From IMG/VR virus record IMGVR_UViG_3300030095_002569, positions 1 to 30,639 of that record: a DNA stretch of 30,639 bases. One strand, given 5' to 3'. The stretch is from a virus (Duplodnaviria; Caudoviricetes). Positions 8,114 to 18,900 of the stretch are shown here, one piece after another. How positions within the stretch are numbered: the first letter of the stretch is position 1; every line of letters starts with the position of its first letter. The translations under genes and the position numbers were made by a program. The notes under the pieces were generated by a model. The model saw nothing but the letters and a program-made list of their open reading frames with translations. It made no database searches and was not told where the DNA came from.

Positions 8114-8376
8114 GTAGTCAAGAGTATGTACCTATAGAAGCTGTCGCTGATCGGTTCGCGGTGAGCGTAAGCACGGTGCGGAGTTGGATTCGTAAGGATC
8201 ACATTCCGCGAAATACTTACATTAAAGCAGGGAACACCTATCGTTTTGTTCTTGAAGATATCGAGAAAGCTTTACGGCAAGAAGAGCCGAAAGACGATAT
8301 CCCGTGGCAGAAAGAGTTAGCTCTTGATGCTTCTGATACTCCCGATATAAAAGCTTTAGTGGACGATGACTTTTGA
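8110..8376 (+). CDS. Excisionase/MerR-like helix-turn-helix DNA-binding protein
   Basis: EAVADRFAVSVSTVRSWIR...IP...GNTYRF, acidic tail; ATGA coupling. Confidence 0.85.
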   Translation: MSSQEYVPIEAVADRFAVSVSTVRSWIRKDHIPRNTYIKAGNTYRFVLEDIEKALRQEEPKDDIPWQKELALDASDTPDIKALVDDDF

Positions 8377-9020
8377 TGAACAGGATTAGCATACGGGACA
8401 ATATATTCACAGTCGGCTCTGATAAGTTTGAAGAGCAAATGGAAGGCATTATTGTCAACGCTGCGCCCGTGCAAAGGATCTATTACAAGAATAAGTTTGA
8501 TCCTGCCAAAGCGCAAAGCCCTGTATGTTGGTCATCTGATACCAGACAACCTGATCCTAATGTTGTTGAGAGACAAGCAGTTCGATGTATGGACTGCAAA
8601 CAAGACATTCGAGGGTCAGTGTCTGGTGGGGGAAGAGCCTGTAGGTATTCACAAAAATTAGCTATTTTATTCCCATGCGGTATCACCCCATCTCAAGTTT
8701 ATCAAATGACTATACCTGCCAATAGTATCTTTGGTAGGATGAAAAACGGACATATGCCTTTACAAGAATATGCACGATTTTTACAACAACATAGCACACC
8801 GTCGATGACAGTGATGACTAAGATTTACTTCGATGTGGATAGCCCAGTGCCTAAGTTATTTTTTAGCCCAGTGCGTTCACTTGAAGAAAAAGAGTTAGAG
8901 ATAAGCACTCATATGGTAGATCACCCTGACACGGTTGCTGCTATTACGTTAGGTTTTTCTCAACTCGAAGGAAGCACCTCACCGTTTGAAGAAACGGAAG
9001 GGTTTATTTTTAACGCCTAA
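8376..9020 (+). CDS. Cys-containing replication/recombination-module protein (putative ssDNA-binding or annealing)
   Basis: CWSSD, CMDC, GRAC cysteines; located between HTH and SSB genes; TGATG overlap (track start 8373). Function is inferred from context. Confidence 0.7.
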   Translation: MNRISIRDNIFTVGSDKFEEQMEGIIVNAAPVQRIYYKNKFDPAKAQSPVCWSSDTRQPDPNVVERQAVRCMDCKQDIRGSVSGGGRACRYSQKLAILFPCGITPSQVYQMTIPANSIFGRMKNGHMPLQEYARFLQQHSTPSMTVMTKIYFDVDSPVPKLFFSPVRSLEEKELEISTHMVDHPDTVAAITLGFSQLEGSTSPFEETEGFIFNA

Positions 9021-9033
9021 TTTGGAGAATGGC

Positions 9034-9750
9034 ATGTTACATACTATTAGAGGGGTAGAAGCACTTTACCCAAAACTTGATCGCCCTTATAAATTTGATA
9101 AGAAAGAGAACAGAAGTGTTCCTTGCGGGGCAACTGATGACGGGGCTGAGTACACAGTTGATTTTAAGATCAACTACGCAGACATCTTACCTTTACGTAA
9201 AGCAATGAAAACTGCTTACGATGAGAAGAAAGATGCGGAGGGTTGGACGGACAACTTCAAAGATAACTTTAAGGTTTTAGAGGGCAGTGTAAAAAACAAA
9301 GATGCTGTCTTTCAAGTAAAGACCAAACTGAAAGCACATTACAGTGGGTCAGCGACTAAGAAACCGAAACAGTTTGACGCAAAAAACAATCAGCTTCCAG
9401 AGGACTTTCAACTAACTACAGGAAGTACTATTAATGTACAGGTAGAACTAGTACCTTACTCAGGAGCTATGGGGCACGGAGCTTCTTTACGCTTGAGAGC
9501 CGTGCAAGTAATACAATTAGCTGCGAGTAGTGTGGTTAGTCCTTTCGATGTCGAGGATGGTTTTACGTCTGAAGAGGGTAGTCCTTTTACTGAGGAAGCA
9601 CCACAAGCTCCCGTAGTAGAAGAAAGCGATGACGGTTTTGATGAGGAACCAGAAGAGCCGAAGAAAGTAGTCAAGAAGAAGAAAGTTCCCCCAAAAGATG
9701 ATAGCGACGATTTAGACGCGATTATTAACGAGTGGGGTGATGACGAATAA
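9034..9750 (+). CDS. ssDNA-binding protein, T7 gp2.5/DUF2815-like
   Basis: YPKLDRP, LTTGS..NV, GASLRLRAVQVI, long acidic tail ending EWGDDE; SD TTGGAG before ATG 9034. Confidence 0.82.
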   Translation: MLHTIRGVEALYPKLDRPYKFDKKENRSVPCGATDDGAEYTVDFKINYADILPLRKAMKTAYDEKKDAEGWTDNFKDNFKVLEGSVKNKDAVFQVKTKLKAHYSGSATKKPKQFDAKNNQLPEDFQLTTGSTINVQVELVPYSGAMGHGASLRLRAVQVIQLAASSVVSPFDVEDGFTSEEGSPFTEEAPQAPVVEESDDGFDEEPEEPKKVVKKKKVPPKDDSDDLDAIINEWGDDE

Positions 9751-9767
9751 GTTATCTTAATGAGCTT

Positions 9768-9848
9768 TGTCACGGCTAGGTAGCAGTACCGAAAAGGGTC
9801 AGTGTGTAAAAGTACCCACTGCTCCTGCAACTGGCCCCTGCCGTGACA
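9768..9848 (+). ncRNA. Candidate cis-regulatory structured RNA (three-way junction) upstream of the primase
   Basis: P1 9768-9776/9840-9848; P2 9779-9782/9787-9790; P3 9796-9803/9830-9837 extended by 9805-9808/9826-9829. G-U pairs favour the + strand. Confidence 0.55.
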
Positions 9849-9861
9849 TCCTTTTGGACGA

Positions 9862-12675
9862 ATGATGAATACCAATACTTTTCTAAAAACCGTATTGGCA
9901 GACGAAGGGCACTACTGTCTCTTTGCTGCTAACGCATCAACTGGTAAGAGAATACAAAAGTTTTATGGTTCAACAGACTCTTTATTAGTTGATGCAGATG
10001 ATTTAAACAGTAGAGGTTTTGATGTCTATTTCGCTCTTGCTACATTTGAAGAAGCAGGATCTAGGAAAGCGGATAATGTTAAGTACTTACGTGGGTTTTT
10101 TCTTGATCTTGATTGTGGCCCTAGTAAAGACTACGCAAATAAACTAGACGCGATAGACGCACTGCAGAAGTTCTGTGAATCTTTGAAGCTACCAGTACCA
10201 TTTACCATAGACTCTGGTAGAGGGGTGCATGTCTACTGGCCCTTGTCAGAGAACATACTACCAGATGATTGGATAGTATCCGCAGAGAAGCTTAAAAAAC
10301 TTTGTGTGAAGCATGGGTTCTTTGCTGACCCTGCTGTGACGGCAGATACAGCTAGAGTCTTGCGCGTACCCAATACGCACAACTATAAAACTGACCCTCC
10401 TTCACCAGTAAAACACCTGACTGATGAGGAAGTAGTAACCAATAACTTTGACGCTTTCTCTAGGCTACTAGGCGCAGAGTTTGTGCCAACACCCACCAAG
10501 ATCGCACCTTCTAATATTGTGGACTTTCCTAAGACTAATGCTGTCATGGATGCGTTATTGGGAAACAGAGAAGCTCGTTTTATAGACATAGTTAAAAAGA
10601 CAAAAGCAGGGCGCGGTTGCACACAGTTAAAGTTGATATTAAAAGATCAGGAGAATACAAGTGAACCGATGTGGAGGGCAGGGCTGTCCATAGCACGGTT
10701 TTGTGCGGATGGTGAGAAAGCTTCACATACATTGTCAAAACGCCACCCTCAGTATAGTGAAGAAGCAACTGCTAAAAAGTTTGGGCCAATTAAGGGGCCA
10801 TACACTTGTGCAAAGTTTGATGAGTTTAACCCAGAGATATGTCCAGACTGCCCTAACTGGGGAAAGATAAAGTCCCCTATTGTGCTTGGTAATAGGTATA
10901 AAGAAGTTGATACCAGTGCTTTGGAAGAAGAGGATGTCCCTCCCACATTTCCCCACCCATATTTTAGGGGGGCTAGTGGGGGTGTGTATATCAGAACTAC
11001 TAACAGTGACGGAGATTTTGACGAGAAGTGTATATACCACAACGATCTATACGTTATACAAAGGGTAGTTGACTCTGAATTTGGTGAGTCTGTAGTAATG
11101 CGCTTACACTTACCGCAAGATGGAATTAAAGAGTTTACTCTACCCCTCACTGCGGTAACTTCGCGGGATGAATTTCGTAAGGTGCTATCCGCACAGGGGG
11201 TAGCTATAGCAAAGATGGATGAACTGATGACTTATACGATTACATGGATTAATGAACTACAGGCGAATAGCATGGCAGATGAGGCGCATAGACAGTTTGG
11301 TTGGACAAATGAAAAGTTAGATACTTTCATTTTGGGTAATCAAAAGATATCAGCAAATAAAATAGAGTTTAACGCTCCATCTAACCAGACATTGAGTTTG
11401 TTCCCTGCATTTGAACCCAAGGGTACTCTTGATGCGTGGAAAGAAAACATTGAGTTTTGGAACCGTGATGGCTTTGAACTCTACCAATATGTTACTGGAA
11501 TTGGTTTTGGGTCAATTCTTATGGAGTTTGCCAACGTAAACTGTAGCGCACTGCACCTGCATAACAAGGATTCGGGTGTAGCGAAAACTACTGCCATGAT
11601 AGCTGCCGTTAGCATATGGGGTAATCCAGAGTATTTAGTCTTACAGCAACAAGATACTGTGAATAGTAAAATGAATCGTGGCGAGGTGTACCATAGTTTG
11701 CCTTGGGCACTTGATGAAATAACTAACATATCTCCAAAAGATGCATCAGATCTACTGTATCAATTTACAGAAGGTATGCAACGGAACCGCATGTCGGGTA
11801 GCAGCAATGTTGAGCGTGTACGGGGAAGACGTTGGAAGTTAATGGCAGTCACCACAGGTAATACTAGTATTATCGAGCTAGTATGCTTGGCAAAGGCTAT
11901 GCCGAAAGCGGAAGCGCAAAGGGTATTGGAATGTTACGTGCCTGATATAAAGGGTCGTTTTAAATCTAAAGAAGAGACAGATAACTTTGAACGTGGCCTA
12001 AAAGAGAACTACGGACACGCAGGAGTCGTTTTTGTTCAATATGTAATGAATAATTTACCTAAAGTAGAAAGATTATGTAGAGAAGTTCAGGGGCGTGTAG
12101 ATAAGGATGGTGCGCTTACTGCCGAGAATCGTTTCTGGTCTGCTCAAATCTCTTTTACGATAGCGGGGTTGATATTAGCTAAACGTGCGGGGCTTATAGC
12201 TTTTGATACTAAGAAGGTATTTAAGTGGGCTATGGAAGTACTTCTACCACAAAATAAAAATAACAGTCTTAGCATTGATGCTTCTGTGTCCGACATAATG
12301 AATGACTTTTTTAGTGAGCATTTTAGCAATATTCTACAGATCAAAAGCACTTACGATAACCGCAAGGTACAAAACAACGGTTTGGATGCGTTAATTATCC
12401 CTGACGCAATCGCTAGAGGTAAGTTAGTAGCACGATATGAGACAGACACCCAGAAGTTCTATGTTTCCCCCAAGGTATTAAAAACGTGGTGTGGAGAGCA
12501 ACAAATAAATTATAACGATCTTGTCAAACAAATAAAGAAACGGTGTGAGGGTAAACGTGTTAAAGCAAGGTTGTCTAAAGGGACTAGCTTGAAGTTACCA
12601 GCGGCTGATGTGTTGGTAATGAAGTTCTCAGTAGATGCTGACGAAGACACCGATGACAGTACTACGGAGCCATGA
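9862..12675 (+). CDS. Primase-helicase fusion (AEP/RepB-like primase plus DUF927 domain)
   Basis: FLDLDCG, SGRGVHVYW, ARVLRVP; Cys cluster YTC.KF....CPDC; QFGW, SGVAKTT, ALDEIT, TTGN, ENYGHAG. Confidence 0.9.
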   Translation: MMNTNTFLKTVLADEGHYCLFAANASTGKRIQKFYGSTDSLLVDADDLNSRGFDVYFALATFEEAGSRKADNVKYLRGFFLDLDCGPSKDYANKLDAIDALQKFCESLKLPVPFTIDSGRGVHVYWPLSENILPDDWIVSAEKLKKLCVKHGFFADPAVTADTARVLRVPNTHNYKTDPPSPVKHLTDEEVVTNNFDAFSRLLGAEFVPTPTKIAPSNIVDFPKTNAVMDALLGNREARFIDIVKKTKAGRGCTQLKLILKDQENTSEPMWRAGLSIARFCADGEKASHTLSKRHPQYSEEATAKKFGPIKGPYTCAKFDEFNPEICPDCPNWGKIKSPIVLGNRYKEVDTSALEEEDVPPTFPHPYFRGASGGVYIRTTNSDGDFDEKCIYHNDLYVIQRVVDSEFGESVVMRLHLPQDGIKEFTLPLTAVTSRDEFRKVLSAQGVAIAKMDELMTYTITWINELQANSMADEAHRQFGWTNEKLDTFILGNQKISANKIEFNAPSNQTLSLFPAFEPKGTLDAWKENIEFWNRDGFELYQYVTGIGFGSILMEFANVNCSALHLHNKDSGVAKTTAMIAAVSIWGNPEYLVLQQQDTVNSKMNRGEVYHSLPWALDEITNISPKDASDLLYQFTEGMQRNRMSGSSNVERVRGRRWKLMAVTTGNTSIIELVCLAKAMPKAEAQRVLECYVPDIKGRFKSKEETDNFERGLKENYGHAGVVFVQYVMNNLPKVERLCREVQGRVDKDGALTAENRFWSAQISFTIAGLILAKRAGLIAFDTKKVFKWAMEVLLPQNKNNSLSIDASVSDIMNDFFSEHFSNILQIKSTYDNRKVQNNGLDALIIPDAIARGKLVARYETDTQKFYVSPKVLKTWCGEQQINYNDLVKQIKKRCEGKRVKARLSKGTSLKLPAADVLVMKFSVDADEDTDDSTTEP

Positions 12676-12874
12676 TCTCGCACCCGATGGGGTAAGAATA
12701 GTCGTTGATTGGGGTGCTATGCACGTAGGTACTTCTATTTTTGTCCCTTGCATCGACACTGAAAAGGCTAAAAAACAAATAAAAAGCGTATTTATGGCAC
12801 GTCATTGGGAGTTTTTAAGTAGGGTGCGTGTAGAAAATAGATATTTGGGACTGCGTGTATGGAGAACTATGTAA
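12653..12874 (+). CDS. Small hypothetical protein at the end of the replication operon
   Basis: VDW....GTSIFVPC...LGLRVWR; overlaps the primase end (track start 12635). Confidence 0.75.
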   Translation: MTVLRSHDLAPDGVRIVVDWGAMHVGTSIFVPCIDTEKAKKQIKSVFMARHWEFLSRVRVENRYLGLRVWRTM

Positions 12875-12889
12875 AAGTATACTAAGATA

Positions 12890-12955
12890 CGCCCGTGTTA
12901 TTCTCCAAAATAGCACTTGTCCCCGTTTACCCCCCTCATCAGTAGGGGGGTTTTT
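12890..12955 (+). ncRNA. Candidate small RNA with anti-SD (UUCUCC) hairpin
   Basis: TATACT at 12878-12883, hairpin gtgttatt-ctccaa-aatagcac (12895-12916), then the terminator. No good -35 box. Confidence 0.4.
12929..12955 (+). terminator. Rho-independent terminator of the + strand block
   Basis: acccccct-catcagt-aggggggt stem-loop running into a T tract at the convergence of the two blocks. Confidence 0.85.
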
Positions 12956-15900
12956 ATTCTTCTGTAGGATACAACCTATCTAATAAAGCTTCTCGCATGT
13001 TAGGACTAAGTAGGATGCCATTGTGCATAACTGCTGAAGTTTTTGCGTGTTGCTTCATAGAGCGTTTTACCGCATCGTAGCTTATTGCCGCAGTGGGATG
13101 CTTTTGATTAAACTTTATTATCTTTTCAAATATTTTATTACGCTCTTCTCCATCGCCCACACGAGTAGTTAGATATATTTGTTTTAGCAAACGAGATCTT
13201 TCTTCGTTTACTGTTCGATCTATCTTTTTAGCGATGTAATTCAATTCTTGGCGTTTTGTATATTCGTTTGGTGCGAAACCAAAAAACTGTCCTAGCATTT
13301 CACCTGATGAGATATCGTCATAGATAGGATCGCCTCTTCTGGTAAGTATGCCTTCATCTCGTTGATATCTTCCAAAAGGCGAAGCTTTATACACATTTGC
13401 TAGACCTGCGGGAAGCGTGGATTCTATACCTCGTTCTATTTCTCCTTTAGCAAAATCTTGGTACGCTCTAAAGAATCGTTTACCCGTACTAAGCGCAGGG
13501 CCACCTAAATGGAACCCTATTATCTCTTCGGGGGTTCCACCTGAGTACCTATTATCTTGTATCAGTAATTCTGTTAGACGTATTCGAGTGGCTACATCTG
13601 CGCCTGTGATCTTATTAATAGCTCCTTTATACCAACCTTCACCAAGATACGTTCTTACGGCAGTATCAAAATCTTCTTCATCGTCCCCTTGAAGCATATT
13701 CCAAGCTATGCTTGCCACTCCATATAACGGCACACCCTGCACCCCGGCAAGAATCAGTGCTGATCCATGCCACCCTGCAAGTTGTTTTATTGCTTCTGTA
13801 CGTAAACGTCTACCCTCTGCTGTATTAGGAAAAGCATTTTTAAAAAGTTGTACCCCAGATTTGAACATCGTATGGTACATACGCAGTCCATAACTCTTGT
13901 ACATAAGGGCAACTCTGCCGAGTCCTCTTTGTGCGAATCGAGGAGAGGTTTCTATAAAAGATCCTCCATTGGTTTCTTGAGTTATGTAGATGGCTTCATT
14001 TGCAGCTTCTTCTAACTCAGTAGCACTAAGGCTAGATTTGTTTTTTTCTTTTTTTAATCTGGCTACTTCTAAATTATACGCACTAACCATAGTGGTTTGA
14101 CGATTCATTCTTTCCGCAAGATTAAATCCAGAGGCAGAAACAGCAGTAATATAGTCTAATCCCTGTCGTAAGAAGTTACCTGACCGTTCTCTTCCACTTT
14201 TAAACGCTTCTTTTTGTAAACTTAATTGATCCAAAAGATAAGATTTTGTAAGCTGTCCTCTGTCAATAGCGACTTTCGCTAGAGTGCCTAGTTCTTCATA
14301 AACTTTTTTATCCCCGGCACTTAGTTCTTTTGCTATCTTATCCTTGAGTATGTAGTTACCCTCTTTATCAACAGTAAAAAGGTTATCAAAACCTACATCA
14401 AATTTTTCAAAGGACTCTCCTACTATTTTTCCTGCTTTACCGATAGCAGAAGTAGAACTTCTCATACCATACTTGCCTCCTAGATAAGGCAACACGAATA
14501 AAGGTATTTGTGACAAGTTAACAATAGCAGAAGAAGGGTTAAACCCTATTGTGTATATGAAAGCACCTTGGTTTAGTGTTTGCGCTAACATATCTGGAGG
14601 AGGATTACGTGCAAACGACGCACGTTCTAACAATTCCTTTGTCACTACAAGTAGTGGTTTATTTAGAGTATCGTCTTTTTTCTTAAACTCTTCATTAATA
14701 CGATCCTCTACGTCCATTATATCTTTGCTTTTTTGTAGACGAATAGTTTGACGACCTATGTCATATCCTTTCGTTCTTAAAGCAAGCACGGTATCTGCTT
14801 CAAACCCCTCAACATTTTTTCTTCTTTGTAACGACTTAGCAAAAGAAGTTTCTGGTAGAGTGTTAACAAAGATAGAGATTATTTCTTCTTGTAGTTGAGC
14901 ACGTTGTTGCTTTTGGTCAGGTGTGGTTCCTTCCTGTGCATTTTTTGTGCTGACTGCCTTATCCAACTGATCTATGATTTCAGCAACAAATCCTGTAGAA
15001 GGTCTGTTACGGGCAGCTTGTGCAGCTTCTGCTCTGGTGTCGATAACCTCTACAGAATTTTCAACTATGTCATCTCGCGCATCTAATTGTTTTTTGTAAG
15101 CTATTGCTTCGGCTTCAGTGCTTACTATCTCCATATTGTAGACTTCGTTCTCGCGCTTCTTTTTATTTGGAATAAGCTCACTACCTGCTTTTATTGTGTA
15201 GGCTACTTTGTACCTACCTTGACGCACCAAAGGAAAGTACACAGCCAATTCATTGTTATCAAAAAGCTCTTTAAATAATTTAGCTTTTACTGACTGCCCT
15301 TCTTTTTCTCCTGCTAATCCTATGATACGTTCTGTCAGTGTTTGCTTGAGGTTATCGTACTGTTTACGGTAAAAATTACGTGTCGCACGGTACGCTGCCT
15401 GTCCATCTTTCCCTAGTGCATTCCAATCTTTTCGCTGCTTATACCATGCTGATAAAGCTTCACTATCACCGCCATACCTTACAATGGCCTGATTTTTAGT
15501 TATATCAGGATCTACTTGTGTTATGGTGGCTCCGTAGTCTCCATTGTAGATAAGGTTATTCAAGTTATTCATTTTCTTTGTTTTAGCTAATGGAGCTAAA
15601 TATTTTTCTAATATGGCATCTACTATTTCGTCAGACTTGTTCATGTCGCCACGTTGGGTTTCTATAGCTATTTGCAAATCTTTAGCAAGCTTGCCAAACG
15701 TAGGACTAATTTTTTCCGCTAGGTCAACAATGCCTTGTATATCACGTAGTCCTGCTACCGCATTGTTTAACTGCATACTACTATCACTAAACAACTGAGA
15801 AAAACCATCGGCTAATGAGCTTCGTTCTTTTTTAGATAACGGATCAGCTTTAAATCTTTTTTGTATATTGCCTAGTGTTGTTGCAAGTGCAGATGCCCCG

Positions 15901-18900
15901 TCTGGGGTGGCACTCATAGATAAAATTTCTGCATTGCGGCTTTCAGGTGCAGGGGAGATAATAGCGTCTGCTAAAGAATCAAACTCAGATAACGCGGTTT
16001 TAGCTTTATAAGTACCTCTACCAAGAACTCTGTGCAACAGTTTTTTAACAATAGCAACAAACCTGTCCAAGGCACTGATAGGATTACCTTTTGAGTGAAT
16101 ACGCGCTAACTCTCTCCTAAAACTTTCGTTACCCATACCTTCAGCAAAAAACTCTTGTACATTCTTAGCCCCGTAAGCTGTACCAAGGGTATCTTTTGTA
16201 TCGTTATACAAAGTGTTCATTTGTTTAGCGAATGGCGTTGCTGACTTATTTAGTTCTGCACTACCTAAAGCGTGAGCAGTCTCATGGAGTATAGTGTGGT
16301 GGTTGAATCCTGTTTCTTGATCTAGTTGTATTGTATTTGTCTGAGGGTTAAACGTACCAGAAGTAGCTTTACCAGAAGCGTTTTTCAAATCTTTAACCAA
16401 CTCAACTTTGGTAGTCCCGGCTAATCCAGCAAAGCGTTTACTTACATTCTGTAAGTACTGACTAGGGGCAGTAGTAGCCATATCGTTTAACGCATCGGCT
16501 AACTTGCCTTCTTCGAGTGCTAACAAAGCTTGGGGGCTGACAGATCGCCTAGATTTAACAACTGCATCGGCAGTGATGTCGTAAATGTTAGATCTATCAT
16601 TAAGTGCTGCTGCTATGATAGGGCCAGCCTCATTACTTGCCACACTAGCATCTAACGTAGCTTCAGTTTTTTTACCAAGAGCACCTTTAGTTAGTAGTTC
16701 TTCAGATGCTGCTCTTAATAGAGCTTTTCTTTGAGCGTCTATTCTATCTGCTCGTCTTTCGTCACCTGCTGCTGCCGCCTCGTCGTACTCCCGTTTAAGC
16801 GTATCTAGTCGTTGTCGCTTTGCGTCAGAAAGCTCAACTCTAACAACAGCTTCATTTTGACCTTCTTCACTTTTCTGTGCGTATTCTTTTTGTGCTATAG
16901 CTATTTGTGCTGGAGAGAACTCGTTTACCTCCCCTCCTTCTTGGTCTATTCTTCGTCGCTCTATTTCATAAGGAGTACTTTCCGATACTTCTCTATTTAA
17001 ATAGTTAGCTCTGGCAACTTTTGCTTTTGCTACTTCTTCAGGGCTTATTTTATAATCTCTTATACGCCTCTGAGTTAGGTTTGCTACCCCTCCTTCTCCT
17101 CGTATATAATTTTGTATAAGCTTTTCTTTTTCTACAGTTTTGTCTTTACTAATTCTTTCCTGTTCTTGTTTTCTATAGGAGTCAACTCTAGCATCTAACT
17201 GTCTACGAAAATCTGGGCTAAGATTATTCTGCACCCAGTTGTAGGCTTCTACCGCGTTCTCCCCTCCTGTATATTCAAAAAAGGCAGTCTCTTCTTTGGA
17301 CGCACGTTCATCAACAGCTTTTGCAGTTCTCTTAGGAGTAAACTTTTCACCTACACCTTCTTGCACCAGTGCATAGTCATACGCTAAACCTTCTATTGCA
17401 TCGGCAGGTCGTGCGGCTCTACTAAAATACTTGTTAACTGCAAGCCCGTCTTTCTCACTTATTGTTTTTACTTTTGCTTTATCTTCTTCTTTTACAGAAT
17501 CTTTTACGCCCTTTAGTCTTGCAAAGTAAAGATCTTTTAGTTTTACTTCTTCTGTAACTACGGTTTCTTCTGTAACTACTTTTGGTTTTACTTTTTTTGT
17601 AACTACTTTTGGTTTTACTTCTTCTGTAACTACGGTTTCGTCTGTACCTGTTTGGTCTGTAGTAGTATCTGTCTCGTCTGTAACTACTTCTGTACCTGTC
17701 TCGTCTGTAGCTACTTCTCTATCTTTTTGCTTCCCTATTTCTGCTTCTCTTGCTGCTTCTTCTTTTGCGTATTCTGCCATTACGCGTTCTGTATCAGCCT
17801 TTGAAAGATCTGCTATATTCTCTAAAACAGTTTTTTCACCTACTTCTTCTTTTCCCTTTCCTTCTGTCGTTTCAAGGGTCTGTAGCGTCGAGTCTTCTTT
17901 CTTTTCTTCGCCCTTTTTCTTTTTTGGTTTATCTTTAACTGTTACATTTTCACTAAGGAAACTTTCATTTACTAGTTTCTTTGCATCTTCTTCAGTGAGG
18001 ATGTTGCCTTCTGTTTTTTCAGCCTCCATAAGATTTGCAACACGGGCTTCGTATTGTTTTGTGGTTATTGTTTTAGGCTTAGTTTCACGCTTAGTTTCAT
18101 CTCCAGTGACTGCATCTAAATCTTCATCTGTTACTTCTACTCCTTCTGTCTCAAGGTTCTGTAGCGTCGAGCCTTCTATTTCTTCTGGAACACCTGCGCC
18201 TCTTGTTTTTGGTAACGCCAGATCAAGTAATGTTTGTACAGTGGCACCAACGGCTGCACCATAGCCTCCTTCTTCTACAGCCTCTGCAGTAACAAGGTCT
18301 TGTGTGGGATCATAGCCTCGTTGTATAGCATTCTGAGCCACCCCTGCAGCTACTTCTTGTGCTCCTTCAAACCCTCCAGCAATCGCAGCACGTTTAATTC
18401 TTTCAACACCGTTCCGTAGCGCGTTATCTCCAAGAGCTTCTCTCAGACTACGCAATTTAGCTATGGGTATTAGTTCTGTTAGCCCTACTCCTGCGCCTTT
18501 GAGGGCTGCTGTACTTCGCTCTGCTTCAGTTGCGCCAGCCGCCCTTGCTCTTTCACTTGCTTCACCTGCACCTGCACCTGTGGCTAAACCTGCAGCTAGG
18601 GGGATACCTGCACCGGGGATGAGAGTAGTAAGTCCTAACCCTGCAAACGAACCTAGTGCTTCACCAAACTTACGCCCTACAAGTTCTTCTGAACCTGCAT
18701 CAGGACTAAGTGCTTCTTTGAGGGGGGCTGCAAGACTTTGTATGCCTTGACGGACTTTAAGTTCATTCTCTTCTTCAAGGAGAGTAGCCGCACCGATAGC
18801 TCCTAACTCACCTAAACTAATAATCCCCGCAGGTATACCCTTGGCAAATTCTTCAATTTGATCTAAGAATCCGGGTTCTTCTTCTTTAGGAGCAGGTGAG

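Noticed and set aside
9768-9848. Hammerhead ribozyme (three stems plus GAAA)
   Set aside because: The CUGANGA core is missing; only UA links P1 and P2.
204-12350. Short - strand and nested ORFs in the early block
   Set aside because: They overlap well-supported + strand genes and show no motif support.
12920-12955. Bidirectional terminator
   Set aside because: On the - strand the stem is followed by AAACGGGG, not a U tract; only + strand termination is supported.
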